From positions 806,001 through 870,000 of the forward strand of contig JAYWIR010000041.1 of NCBI GenBank assembly GCA_036172245.1: a stretch of DNA of 64,000 bases. The letters are read 5' to 3'. Made by a program: the position numbers and the translations under genes. Positions 36,151 to 49,794 of the stretch are shown here, piece after piece. Each line of letters begins with the position of its first letter. The stretch's first letter is position 1. The notes beneath the pieces were generated by a model. It made no database searches and had not been told where the DNA came from. It saw nothing but the letters and a program-made list of their open reading frames with translations. Origin of the DNA: Raillietiella orientalis (Eukaryota).

Positions 36151-39100
36151 ATTCGGCATTAGCTGCAGGCTGCAGGGACATTTTCCCTTGTGACTTGTAA
36201 CCTGTCTCCATCCCTGCACTCAGAATAGTTGGGTGAGAACCTAGACCGGTATATACCACGCACTCTGAGGACTGTTGGAATGGAGGCTACCTGAAGACAT
36301 TACGGATGGTGTACTTGGAAGGACAAAAAAAAAAAAAGGTTGTATATTTCATCAATTATTAAAAACGCTATTTATTGATTCAACTTCATCACGAAACTAA
36401 TAGTTCCGAATTCCGCTGTTGAACTCACTTCCCGAACATACTTTCGTAGGTCGCTTTTGAGCAATTTCCTGTAAATACCTCATAGAAATATTACTCGTCC
36501 CGGACTGTTTAGAACAAAAACAGCGATGAATTAATGACAACGATCGTTCTGAAACTGCCAGACCATGGCGGTATTACGTCTGGGTAGCGAAGGAATTCTC
36601 GAGATGGTACTTCGAAGAGAAGTGCAAAACGCGAGTCGCTGATGAGAACTTTAGCTCACTGCACGGAACGTTCCTCTAAATTCTGGAAGGCGTTCAAAAA
36701 ATGCACGCTGCCTCGGTCGATTGCATCCTCTGATACGGAAGTCAGAAATGCACGAAGCACGAGGTTTTAAAATCCCTGTTGCAAGTGTTTATTGAGGCTC
36801 CTTCGTTTTCTCCCTCAGGAAGAACCCACTTTCTCACTAAAGTCGTATTTGGGATGCGGTCGGGGCACAGCTTCCGTCTTTCGAAACCACACCGTTTGCC
36901 ATGATGAAGCTTAGCAGAAGTACGCAAAGCAGTCGGCGGTCTTGAAAACTTCCACCTCGCCACAACTGACTTTGAAGACGTTCGTCCACCGAAAAAGGAG
37001 GAAAAACCCAGTCCCTCCCATCCCCCACCACGCTGAGTTACCACTCGAAAGCTGGTATACTAAACGAATGTTGGGCCTGCTGGGATGAGCAGAAAAGTGA
37101 AATGGATCGGAGCAGGTAGGAACCAAAAGTCGCCGATGGAAATGCAACAGTCATACCTTTCCCGTCTTTGAATCATTATAATGATTGTTCATCATAATGA
37201 GACCAGTCTGCACAGTGTAGATGATATCCTCTTTTCACGTTGAAGGGTGAAAGATTCTGTTGTCTCCCCAGGCTGTGCCATGCTTAGTGCAGATACTAAG
37301 AGGAAAAAATCTTTGTCTTGTCTATTGGTTTCACTTCTCTCGAGGTCTGTCACTTTCCGAAAGGCATCATCTGTGTGTGCGTGTGTTTTCTCCTTTTATT
37401 CTGTGGGAGCAACTCAAGGAAGGAACGCTTCATATCAAATTAGTTACAGCAATCGGTTTTCGTGCGGTTGTCTCCTCCTCCTGAAAATTTATTCTAGAAA
37501 AATTCCAGATGCTGAGACCTTTGATCAGTGCTCTTAGACAAGCCTGTAATTTCTTCCCCTAATGAACGAACTGAAAATCTGATTTTGGCCATTTCTAATA
37601 GTAATTTGAGTTAACCAAAGCAATAACCCAATCAGTGCACGCTCCAGGTGAATGGGATACACAGATTCCCAGTAATCAGTGCACCATTCGTTACGTTAGA
37701 TACATTGCGTAAGATCGACCCATTCAGAGTTTGCTGCTCTTCCCTGTCACTCATATCACTAAGACCCGTGTGCACAAAACACGGTGTTGCCTGAACAGCA
37801 TGTCTGCGGCTGTGAACTCCTGGTGGCATGTGATGATGCCACATGGAATTCGCACGCTCTGATTTCTCAGATGAAACTTTGCTTTTCCACTCTCCGTGAA
37901 CATTCCCTTGGTAATTTTTCAATTTGAAAAATGTGTGCCGGTACCCAATGTTTGTTACCAGTCCCCGAAATTCCCGTTATTTCCCTTTAAAATGGGGACC
38001 CCAGTAGAGTTTCACACAGATATTGCTGGGCAGCTATGTGCATTGAGTTTGTTTTTCCTTCTGGCCAGCCATTCACTATCGCAGCCGCACAAGCGAGTTT
38101 CCTGAAAATCATCCAGGCTCGGGAATGATCCCGGCATTCCCGCAACGCACTTCCGGTGATCTTCCTGGTGCATGGAGCATCTGGTTTCATATTTTCGTAC
38201 TGAGAAACTTGTGTTCATCGATCAGTTCTTAAAATGGGAAAATGAAACCGATTCCAAATGATGGAAGTTCTCCTGCCTGAAACTCCCTGAAATGGAATCG
38301 AATGTACTGCAAAACTGCACTGACACTCGAAGTCCATCAGTGTATGCAGCAGATGCTTCCCCAAAACCATTGGGTCGTTACCCAGTGGTTTGTCAGTGGC
38401 TAGTTTGCAAAGGGACATATACATGAAAAAGGAAACAGAGGAGGCCTTAATCTCGAAGCTGTGGAAAGACTGAACTTTCAAAGATCGCATTCCCCATCAC
38501 CCCATCACCCAAATTTCAGCATCTACCAGAGAACGGGATGCTGCTGGACGGATGATGAACTGCTTAGAGTAACGTCAGTTTCTCAATCTCATGTTGTGCG
38601 TCTGTTCCGAGAAACCTCGATCCATGCAATAGATTCGATGCGCAGGTACTGAAAGTACTTTCCAAGTGAGTAGATATGAGGAACATCCTCAGTGCCAAGA
38701 TCACGGAATCACAGATTCTAAATAAGTCCCCTTCAATTTTTTCTATCTTCAGAACTCAGATTTACGAATGTGCAATTGCAAAATTCATTCTGAGCACATA
38801 TTGCAAACATTGCTCCTATGTCTTTTCGGTCCTGTAGAAGTACCTGCAAGCTGTGCTGAACTTGATGTTCAGTTCTCGTGACTTCCTCGATTTAACTTGC
38901 TGACTCACCACTGAGCGACTGTAACGTGAATTCTTCCTTTGATCCCCCACATGCAAAGTTTTGATTACGTTCGCTATTCCAAGACGTGGGTGTTCGCATC
39001 GAATACAGGAATCGTCTGCCAGGAGGAATCGATCTGGGTTTTGAAACAGGAGGCAATGGCAGAAGCCACTGACTGTCTGTCGATGACGCAGGCACGATCG

Positions 39101-39499
39101 CAACCACGTCTGTTTTTGTTTCTTTCATGACCACATGAAAGTCACGAGCATCCCTTCCGGGCAAAAGCATGGACCTGATCTTTGCTCTTTGATCCGTTCG
39201 CTCGTTATTCGATGCCTTCCTTCTCTCAGGTCAGTTTGCACTTTCTCACCAATCCTTAAGTACATCTCACGATGCCTCTTAGTGCCCAATTTTCCTTCCG
39301 TGATCCGCAACTTCAAATCGAAGCGCAGTCTCATGCTCTAAAGATGCGGGGCATGGAAGACACGCGAAAGCATCCGCAAGTATCAAATACTCAACAGTGA
39401 TTTCGAATACACTATTCTAGCGCCAGTCACGAACAGTATTCTCCAGTCAGTATTCTCATCATCTGAACTTCTAGGAGACACAGTGCCCAAGAAGGAGGG

Positions 39500-41830
39500 A
39501 CTGCTCAAAAGCGCTCAGAGCCGCTTACACACACTATTGACGTGAAAGGATTGCTGGGATTTCGGCCGTGTTTTCCGATCCGGATCCCTCCTTCGTAAAT
39601 CAATCAGCGACGTGTTTGTATCGTTTCAGACGCCGAGCCATTTCTTTGTCTGAATATCTTACATGAGGATCACGATGTCATAATGACCTCTACCTCTTTG
39701 CAGTGCTATGCCCACAGCTGATTCTCACGTTTTCCGAGGAGTTTGCTTTTGGCGAGCGGCTCCACCCGGAGATCCTCCATTTCTGAATCTCGTGAACAGC
39801 AGGAGGAGAAAAAATCTCTGAATTCATGGGAAGTCCTCGATCCATCCGTTCCCAGAGCTTGGGTTTAAACGGTCGTGTGATTCTTATTAAACGTTTCTTC
39901 GTTTCTTTTGCTGCTTCCACAATGCAACTCCTTCTTCCAACTGTTTCCTTCAAGGCTAGGATTCCACTCACCCACTGATGGTCCATTTTCGCATCGTTGA
40001 GAAGTCAAGAACTGTTCCGCAACAGCACAGTCATTACGATCCTGCCTCACTGGTCCGATCTATTGACTCTTGTGAAAATGAAAACAAGGAAACCAACAAA
40101 AACACATTCTGCTTCTACGTGGATTGGTTGTTGCCATGTTTCCAAAAGACATTTAACCCTGAGTGCATGCATCGAGGCTGGGAGCATCCGAGAGCAAGGT
40201 CTGCTAATGAATTGTGTATGCAAAAACATGCCCTGTTTGATCACATATCATTTCCTTAGGGCTTTCGTGCTTATGAAGAGCAGCACGAGGCACACTGGAA
40301 ACAGCAGAATCAAGGACATTTCAATTTCTGCTTGTGGCATTACGATACATTAATTCGTGGCAATGGCCGATTGCCGTATTAAGGTACGGTGCTGTGAAGA
40401 TTAAGTAAAATAAGGTACCCGAGATAAAATGTGAAGGGATTTTGATTTTCCTTAGCTTTCTGAGAGAAAGGTCAGAGACAATCGCTTGTGGATTGATAAC
40501 AGGGTTTGCATTCTCGAGGGAGGGAAGGATCTTTTTTGAAGTGATCGTAAAGTTCTGGCTTAACGGTTGTTACGCTGCATAACTGCAATGTGTACGCACT
40601 CAAGTTCTCCACTACATCTGCAGTCAGTACGAAAACACGTGGACCAGGAACGAGCCATTTGGTTTCTCTCAGTCGAAATATCAAAGTGTTTCCTCGTTCG
40701 ATAGCTCTCGAGCCGAGTCTCATTATGCCTTTTACCATGTGTTTCGCCGCAGTTTTCACGGATTGAATGTGTTGGCAGGGACGAAACTCTCTCCGAGAGG
40801 TGTCTGCAGTCAAGAGAAAGAGCTCACTTTTAGATTGTGTTTGAAGAACGGGTCGTTTCAAGTTTCTCAGAATCACTGAATCGAGACGCAGGAGGACTCA
40901 TTGAGAGAGTTTGGATCTCAATAGACCCTCCTAGGGTGATGTGAAGACGCTCATCCTGACGGTACAATGACAGTGCGCTCTTGTGAGAAAGGTTCAGGCC
41001 TGCTCTCGCACCCGGCTTTCCTTGAAGATCACCGCTGCAGCATCCCGCGAGGCCCTGAAATTCGAAAGGGCCAAGCTTTTTCAAGGATCCCGAACCGATG
41101 TTTCGAGGAATATACCCCCGACTGCTTCCGTGTAGCACTCGCATACAGCAATCTTCTCAATTGCCAACTTGCACGGGCTCGTCCTGAATGTGGATTGTAA
41201 GTCCAGTTTAGAGGAGTTCACAAATAGTTTATCCCTTGGAGTGTACGCAGAGTTATTTGCACCATAAGGAAGGTGCATAGCTACTGACGGTGAAGTTTTC
41301 CATCTCAGCAGAGTCCTTTCAAGTTTGCCTCAGGCACGGCTAAGAAATTACCTTGCGATGCACTTAGCTGTGCTACACCATTTTTAGCGAAGACTGCTCT
41401 CTCTTTTTGTTAGCAGGACTTCAGTTCGCGCCCTTTCAAATTTCCGTTTCATTGAGAGTTCCTCGAGATTCAATAATCATGTGTTTCATCTCCTCGGGCG
41501 AGTCATTGCGAATTTGAGAAGGAAATTCGCATCCCAACACACCCAGCTACCAAAGCGAGAATCCCAAATGAGCACGAGAAAATTTTCCAAGTATCGGAGA
41601 AGATCATTCGATAATTCAATGTCTTCGCACACGGAAGGAGGCCTTATGGGATTAATAAATGAGATGCGCCTCCCGAAAGAACTGATGAATCGATCAAGTT
41701 CCACTGCAGAGTCTCGAGGACTGTTCTCGCATCCCGGAGGAAGTGTCACGAGCATCTCCTTCTTTGAATTGCTCTCAGAAGGAAGGGTTTCAATAGTGCA
41801 GATGTCGATCTTCCCAGACACGATTTCAAG
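39500..41830 (-). mobile_element. L2/CR1-like ORF2 relic (APE plus RT)
   Basis: KIDICTIETL, PIRPP and VCWDANF (APE), then HFKKDPSLPRECKP, RQSA and CLVLLFISTKA (RT), all collinear. Confidence 0.45.
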
Positions 41831-42129
41831 CCGAATGAATCTTCCCCAAACATCGATTTGGAATCCCTGACGAACCTTAGTCTATTCTGTGAATTTCGCG
41901 ATTGTTTCCAGAGAACGTGATGTGTGTGTTCAAGCCTCAACTGCATCATCTCCATAATCTCGAAAAGAATGAGAGGAGCATGCGAACAGAGAGAAACCTT
42001 GTATTCCTCCTGCGCTACTGATTCAATCTGAAGACAATCTTCTGAGGCTTGTCTTGCGGGTTACGTAAGGTGTCTGTCAATCACAGAGGTCAGGGCAGGT
42101 CGGTTTTCTCTCTTTCGCATCGGAATGGG

Positions 42130-44578
42130 GGGCTTGGATCTCTTGATGCTGGAGCGTATGATGCGACAGTCTCAGTTTAAGGGACTGGCCTTGATGGCCA
42201 AGTATTAGACCATTCACTGGTACCTCCCTGCTCGACTGCTTCCCAGGCTAGCCGCTGATTGCGATGGACTGGCAACCCTGCTTTCGCTCATCCACTGGAG
42301 TCTAGCCGCTTACTGCTTTCCGGTAATGTAACCGACCCCACAGACATATCCAAGTTCCTGCCAATAGTCATTAGCCCGACAATTGGCAAAGTCTTCACCG
42401 AATGCCTGGCCAGACGACTAAGTGGATCCAGTGGAAAGGCGTCATAGGACCTCATCAGAAAGGCTTTTTACCTTACTATGGGGTCCTCGAGCATAATTTC
42501 ATGCTAGCGCACATGATAGATGACAGCAAGGGGAAGCATCATCCCTTGTGTACATTATGGATAGATCTAAAGGACGCCTTCGCTTCGATCCCCCACATTC
42601 AACTGCTGTCAACCCACCAATGTGTCCAAGCAGGCTATCACTTCTTTGAGCTGGTGTGCGAAATGTGTTCTCGCAATACCACAAGGATCCTCACTCCTAA
42701 AGGACCTGGCCCAGCGATCACGACTGTTCGAGGAGTCGAGCAGGGTTGAGCTTCTGTTTAACCTCGCAATTGAGACCCTCTGCCAAGAAGTGAAACAGAG
42801 GTACTGTGCAGTGACGTTGTTAGCGTACGCGGACGATATCGTCCTGCTTTTTCCTGACCCAGCATCCTTGAAGGAGAACCTCGAAACCTTGTGGCTTTCC
42901 GCGCAGTCCCTCGGGCTAAGAATAAACACCAGGAAGTGCGCATCCTTCCATTATGACCTGGTCACCCCTGGAACAGTGGGATCGGCGCCGTTCAAAATTG
43001 CGGATATACTGATACTGGCATTGTCACTTACAAGTACCTTGGCAAGCCTGTCACTTTTGACGTAATCCACAGCGGCGCACTCGACAGCGACATACTGGAG
43101 TCAGTAGGTAGGTTCTTGCATCGCCGCTAGCCCTCTGTGAGAAGCTCAACGCTCTGAAAACTTTCGTCTTCCCTTCCTTTGTACACGCTCTACGCATGGG
43201 TTTGAATCAGAAGACGTTTTGGAGCGGGCTTGATTCTGTGATTCACAAAACACTTAAAGAGAAGATCCTCCCGTTAACCCAGGAGCCTTCCACCGAATAT
43301 TTGTATGGCTCTGTAGCCAGAGGCTCGCTTGGCATACCCATCCTAGGTGAGGAGAAGGACCTCATGGCTGTGGACTCGGCCTTTAAACTATTGATATGCC
43401 CGGATTCAGTAATCCGTCCGTTTGCGAAAGACTCGTTGATCGAAGCCGTGAAGGCTAAAACCCGAAGCACTCCTTCCAATCAGCTGATCCTCCAATTACC
43501 TCTCCGGATCCGTAAGCGCTCCTCTCAACCGTCCTTCTGGTGACCCTGACAGTTTTTGGTCTCGTGCCCTCCAGGCGAGCAAGAGGCTTGGCTCCAAATG
43601 GTCTTGGTCGCACGCCAGCATATCCATAAGCCTCGGAACGCTACGGGAACGTACCATTTCAAGGGCAGCTCCGGATCGGACGGAGCGAAGCTTTAATAAC
43701 CAAACCTGACCAGGGCAAAGCCGTTGAATGCGACACTGTATCCTGCATCCGTGTGCTTCCTAGGGAACTGCTACATGATTCGCTTCTGCGACTGGAGCTT
43801 GCTTCATCCACCATGCCAAGCTCAACGAGCTCCCTCTCAAAGGAATGGCAAGAGGCCGGGGTTCTATGAGCGCTGCAGACACTGCCCTTACGTCAAAAAG
43901 ACACTGCCATACGTGCTCTGCCATCGTATCAAGAACCTAGCCGGTCCGATCATCGACAGGCATAACGCCGTCTTGGATACCCTTGAAGCTTACTTGAGGA
44001 ACAACTGGCCAAAGGTGGCAATCCACAAAAGTAATCCCCACATAAATAGTTCCCTCTGCCCAGTCATTGTAGTGGCTGATGAATTCCACATCGCCATAAT
44101 GAACGTAACCACCTCCTTTGAGAACCGCAAGGATGCGTTCTACGCCGCCAGGCAGCGGAAGATCACCAAGTACCAGGGCGTCAAGAAAAAATATGAAGAC
44201 CAAGGCTTCTATGTGGAAGGTATCGTCAACGGAACCCTATGAGCTTGGCATCCGAAGAACGACGCCGTCCTAAGATGCCTGGGACTGAGCAGGTACCAAA
44301 TAAAGGTGCTACTCCATAGAATGATCTGCTCAGTCATCCGAGCATTACGCAGTATCTTCTATAACTATACGGTGGATGGCATAAGCAACCATAGAACCCT
44401 AGGAGCAATGGCAAACAACGTTAAAATCCCAACGATAGTGCAGCCCTCTTTCTTGTCCCGTGAACCAGATGACCTGATCGAAATTTGAAACTCCTCTATT
44501 CTTATATGTTTGTCACCCTCTATGGGGAAAAATGTATATCGAGTGCTAGGCAATAAAAATTTGAAAAAAAGAAAAAAA
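42130..44578 (+). mobile_element. 5'-truncated, frameshifted non-LTR retrotransposon with RT and restriction-like endonuclease (NeSL/Utopia-like, R2 group)
   Basis: HQKGFLP..EHNF, WIDLKDAFASIPH, RGVEQG, LFNLAIE, LAYADD, GLRINTRKC, YKYLG, CRHC..L.CH, RHNAV, SFENRK..ARQRKITKY, and GTL*AWHPKND. AATAAA at 44552 and an A-rich tail at 44564-44578. Confidence 0.9.
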
Positions 44579-45960
44579 TTGGGGGCAGAGGGTAGTGAGA
44601 ACGTGAGCCGAAATCACCCTAGCCACGCCGAATGCGGACGCCGCCTGCAATTTCTCAAAAATGAGGGAAGAACAGTGGAAGTGGTGGGTAAGGAACTACA
44701 GCTTTTGGTGTGCCTGATAGCCACCCCCTTCGCCACAGTGGTGCCCTCCGTTTTCGAGACGTACCACGGAGAGGTGGGAGATTCCCCGTAAGATCTCGGG
44801 TAGCAGGAAACCTCTTGGGGGCTGGACTGCGAGTTAGCGTGCGGACTCATCAGCACCAAAGATCCCTCCGAAACGACTCCGGAGTGAGCCCTTCAGCATT
44901 CCATTCGAGGAGTCGGATGTACCCCTAGCGATAACAGGCAGCTCGCTCCTTCCCTTCAAGTGAGCATTACAGCATTCAGCATTACCGATGTTGTATTGGA
45001 GACTTCCGTGCAATGCGCGCCGGCACCACTGGACCGCGAGGGGGAGTCCTCTCTAGACTGTACCAGATGAGAGGAAGGGGAATCCTTCCCACACACCTGC
45101 TGGCGTCTTGAGTTGCCCTCCGGGCATTGCGGGAACGCTTTCTCACGACCCTCCCCATCAACAGATAAATCCCTTTGGAATTCTTCTTTTTGCGGAATGC
45201 TACGCCGCCCGCAGCTCCAATCGCAGCACTCTGCTGTCTGCCGCTGCGAGGTACGAGGCCGAGAGAAGACTCAAGGACAGGGAAGCCATACTCTTCCAGA
45301 GAACCATGGACCTACCTGGGACGCCATCAGGACTGCCAGCATGCTGTGTAAGATGCAGGAAACCCTTCGAAACGTTCAGTGGTCCTTTCGATTGCCATCA
45401 AACCATAAGAACAATCGTTCTTGTCTATTTTGTCTCCTTTTTTTTTCTTCCCTATTCCTCCTCGTTAATTTTACGGACCTCGTCGGCACCCCCTAAAAAG
45501 TTCAAGGCTCGACTCGATAGGGCATCGTGTCCTGCCGTATTTGTATGTTCATTTCTAAGTCCCCCGGCGTAGCCAGGTGAAAATCCTTTTTCTTTAGTTT
45601 CCCAGTGCTTTCGATCCAGGGGATGGTGGAATTTCACTTTCATGAATTCAGAAGCGCAGAAATTCAGTCCTCCCATGCCTGCGGTTCATCTTCCTGTTTC
45701 CAGGGACCTCGATTCGGTGGAGTTCAGCTCGATCGTTCTCGAACCAACCGATGCTCCTGCACCCGAGCAGCGTCACGTTATTTGTCCAAGTGCTTCCGGT
45801 TTGGGGTCTTCCGCATCCTAGGCGACTTCTCTGCATGGCTGTAGTCTCGTGGCAGCTGCCGCGGGCTGTGCTGGCACCTCGTGGAGTCTGTCCGGGAAGA
45901 GCTCGCGGTTTGTCGGCAGTCTGGCGGTCCGGGGACCGAAAGAACGGTCCGACACAGAGG

Positions 45961-46410
45961 CGCTAAGTACCTCATAGCCGGTCGCGTGCCTCGCGGCGCA
46001 CGTGGCTCTTTAAACGCACAGTTTTGTTTCCGCGTCTCTCCCCTGCGTGCAACCCTACAGGGGAGCGTGTAATTCTTCAGTGTAATTCTTCAGGATAGGG
46101 AACACCCCGGGATGGGGGTCCACTCTATGAATCCAGGAAGGGCTCCGATTCCGTTCCTCTCACGCTTGGGGAGATATCCCCCCCGGATGGGGGGGATCGC
46201 ATCTCCCACCCTGGTTGTCTCCAAAGGGGAACTCCGAAGGGATCTCCTTCCAAGAATTACACGCACCCTCCGCGGGTGGTGTGGTATTGAAGAACCAAGT
46301 GCGCGGGGCATGCGACCGGCTCTTGAGGTACTTAGCGAACCAAAAAAAATAAAACCCGAAAAAAAAAAAAGAAAAAAGCTGGAAGGGAAAAAACAGCGAA
46401 GACACGGAGG
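45961..46410. mobile_element. Two family S 3' ends joined as a foldback
   Basis: 45961-45994 is the reverse complement of about 46302-46337, and GGGAGCGTGTAATTCTT (46061) pairs with AAGAATTACACGCACCC (46252). An A-rich tail lies on the right. Confidence 0.7.
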
Positions 46411-48589
46411 CGCTCTGAACGTTTCTCCGAGGACGCTGTTTCTCCCTGCGGATCGCTGCTGCTGATTCGCAGGGAAATCTTGGTCCGAACGGGACGCCTT
46501 CCTTCTCACTTCATCCCACATTCGTCTCCCGACTCCAGGATCTCCGCAGAGGCTCCCATGACTGCAGTCTCAGTAAGGCGCGACCTGTGCAGGAAAGGGC
46601 GAGGGGACGGAGAGCAAAGGAGGGCTGCACGGATTCGATGGAAGCAAAAGGCAGCGAGACTCAGCGGCGGCAGCCGGAGTCAACTCATCCGAGCGTGCCG
46701 GGACTACGGCTGCGTTCTTCAGTGAGGATCGAAGGCGCGTCGAGCTCTGCGCACGGACCAGCGGCATTCCTTGCGCGTTCTCTACGGCGAAGTTTCGTGC
46801 CTGTGGCTGCCGCGCCGTGTGTTCCAACAAAGAAAACCCACAGTGCTCGAGGCAAACGGAGGAGGCAGCGTGCGAGACTGTGGGGAGGGACAGCTGAAAA
46901 AGGACCACAAATGAAGAAAGGTGAAGAAGAGATGGACTGGGTCCTCGATCCATCCCGCCCAGTTCCCGAGGGCAGATTCGGCAGATGGGAAGGTTCATTC
47001 GTGTTTGTGTTTCACAAACGACGCTATGGGGGACATGAAACCAGAAATTGACCAGGTCTTGAACCCATGACCAGGGGACTCTCTACTGTCCTCGCTGTTG
47101 CCTGCCGGCCCTCTCCATTCTCCCCGCCTTACGAAGCCGTCTCTTCCTACGAAGATCGCTCCGTCTCGGCACGGAGGCCCCACGTGCGTGCTTTCCGGAT
47201 CTCCCTTCAGCAACATGTGCTCCAGCTCGCCACTTGTCCCCCGATGCGCTCCAGAAACCCCTCGGGCACCTTTACGTCCCTCGGGATTCCATCGTTATCC
47301 GAAACTCCAAGGGTCGGTCGTCCCGGCGCTGCCCTCCTCCAGGGCTGCCGCCGAAGATTCGTGGGCATGGCCATCGCCTTCCCGCCCCATCCCAGGGATC
47401 CCAGTCGTATCGTCGTCCAGATGGCGTTCCGGGAACGGCACCCACTTTGCTTGCGGAGCTGTCACGAGTAAGGCTGCCTGTTGGTCGGACTTCCCGCTCC
47501 CCATGCAATGGTGGAGGATGCGGTCGAGGATCCTCCTCTCGTACAACGCTCCTGCCGCGCCTTCGGTGGGTGAGAACCCTGATGGGCGTCGGCCGTGCGG
47601 GTGGCCCATACCAACAAATGTGCAGAGGAGGAGTCTTGAATTTTCACCGCTGGAGAGACGTGCCGACCTACCAAACTGACCTACGCAGGGCAGGTCCCCC
47701 CGTCCCCCCCCCCCTGGTCCGGGTGCGTTGTTCTGCGAGAGAAAGTGCTGCCCCTTCGTGCTCTTCTTGACCGAAGTCGCCACTCTGGACTCATCTCCCG
47801 CGCAGGTCCGTCTCTTCAGTGCCGACCGGGGTCTTCACAGCTATGACGCCCTTGCTGTGCCTCTTGGGCTTCCCCGCAGCGGATGCTGGTGCGAACGACC
47901 CCGGATCCCCCTGCGTGGGACGATACACGCAGCCTCTCCCTTGTCACTTATCGTGTTGTCTTTCGGACGAACGTCTGCACTGCTGGACGTGGTGGGATCA
48001 GCAGCTTGTAGCAACTGCCTTTGTAGGAATCTCAGTCCGGGAGGGCGGTCTCCGAGGGCCGAGAGGCATCATCCCCTCGAGTAGTCAGCACCAGCTGTGC
48101 ATCGTCGCCGTGAACTAGTTCCGGTAGTTCTTCGGGATTTACCACCAAACCAGCTTCTCTGACATAACCAGTCCACTCTGTCAACCAGTCCTCCAAACCT
48201 CGTGTACTCCTTCGCACTGTCCATTGTCCTCAACTCACACGTGGCCTAAGTGGCTGCGGCATAACCCGAGCTCTGCGAGCCGCGCCTCTTCTCTTGTGTG
48301 GCCATCATGCGGGGTCATCGGGCGCGGCAGAGGAAATACCCTCGGGTGCTGCTGCTGGACGGGGGAGAGGCACATGACGCACGAAAGAATTTCAGTTTGG
48401 AAAATGCTGCGCGCTTCGAAGCAACCCGATGCTTCCCTCGTGCCAGTCCCAAATGCCAAGAGCTGCATCCGGTTCACTACTTGACGCCTGCTCTTATTAT
48501 ATCTGTTTGATGATGGCAGTAACATCTGTCGATAATTCTTCTAAGTTCTTTGGTGAGCTTCTATGAAGGTAAGTATATCAACAGGAAAG

Positions 48590-49060
48590 CAACTCAGCTA
48601 CTCCACGACGTCTGCTGCAGATGCTGAGTTCTGCTTCGGCAGCTAAAATTGGATCTGTAAGCAGAGGAAGATTAATGTGGTCTCCTTGCAAGGATGACAC
48701 ACAGAATCCTGCAGCGTTCCACATTTTCACGAGGAGGACGCATCGAAAAAGAAGTGGTTTTCTTGAGCATGCATTTTTTCAGAAATTTGGGTGTTCTTGG
48801 CAACCTTCCAGGAGCCAGCTGCTGGAGCAGCATTCGGCATCCTGAAATCCACCCTTTCTCCCTGTTAAAAAAAAAAAGAAAAAACATGGACGTCATGGGG
48901 TGCTTCCACTTTCCGACTTTCTTGTCCGCCTTCAAGGACCTGAGGAATTGAAGAAATCGGCGTGGGTCGCGCTCAACATCGGTGTCCTCTGGCAGACTAA
49001 GAAATGTCTGAGTTTACTGAGCAGAGCAGAGCAATCTACTGAGAACCAGAGGATGCCTTG
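48590..49060 (+). mobile_element. Penelope-like RT core relic
   Basis: EFCFG..CKQ/GRLMWSP, IRHPEIHPF, and LPLSDFLVRLQGPEELKKSAW..LLSRA resemble YFxF..YxQ..GxxMGSP, HPxIxF and LPFLDVLV. Confidence 0.45.
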
Positions 49061-49794
49061 GTGTCCCAGAAGGAGCAGATAACCACGTCTGCGGCAGCTT
49101 AAAGAGCCGTCAGGTCGGTGCTTCAAGCTGCTGACCTGACGGCATCAGGAGGCTCAAGGACTAGCCAGGGACCTTGAGGTCCGATGGATGATCTCGCAAG
49201 CTGCATGCCAGACATCACGATAGTGCATCCGACCCAGCAACGACATGCCGAGTTTGCGGATATCGGGTCTTCTACTACCTACGGGCAACCTGGTCGTTCG
49301 ACGACGGCGGCGAGCCACGAACCATCCATCGTTGGCAAGCTCGCCTGCGGTGGGCACATGCGGAGGAAACTCACCGCTGGATGGCGCGCGCTCCCGCGTA
49401 GGGAAGGGTGGCATTCCTTCCTGAGGAGATGCCCAGACCAAAAAGGAGCCATGCCCTGCAGCGGTCACCGTCGCACCTCCGGACGCACCTCTCCAGCGGG
49501 GAGAGTGCATGCGGTGAGCAGAACAAGATGGAGCCACGTGATCCATCTCATCCAGAAGCGGGGAACGTCCTTTAGAAGCGGCAACGACCTCGCGTGCAGC
49601 GGCCACGTTCCAGCTGGAAGGCTCCCCTTCGGCACGTCCTTCACGATGGCATGCTGAGCTCTCCGCTCTCGAGGCACCACGGCGAGTTAGTCGAAACGAT
49701 TGAGAGGATGACCCGGATCGGAGCACGAGGATGGAAAATCATCGTGATGGAAAATCGATGATGGAAAATCTTTGAGTTCTTTTTCTTCTGTCTT

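Noticed and set aside
49729..49770. Three copies of GATGGAAAATC as a CRISPR-like or regulatory array
   Set aside because: Spacers are only 3-5 nt; this is a simple local tandem duplication.
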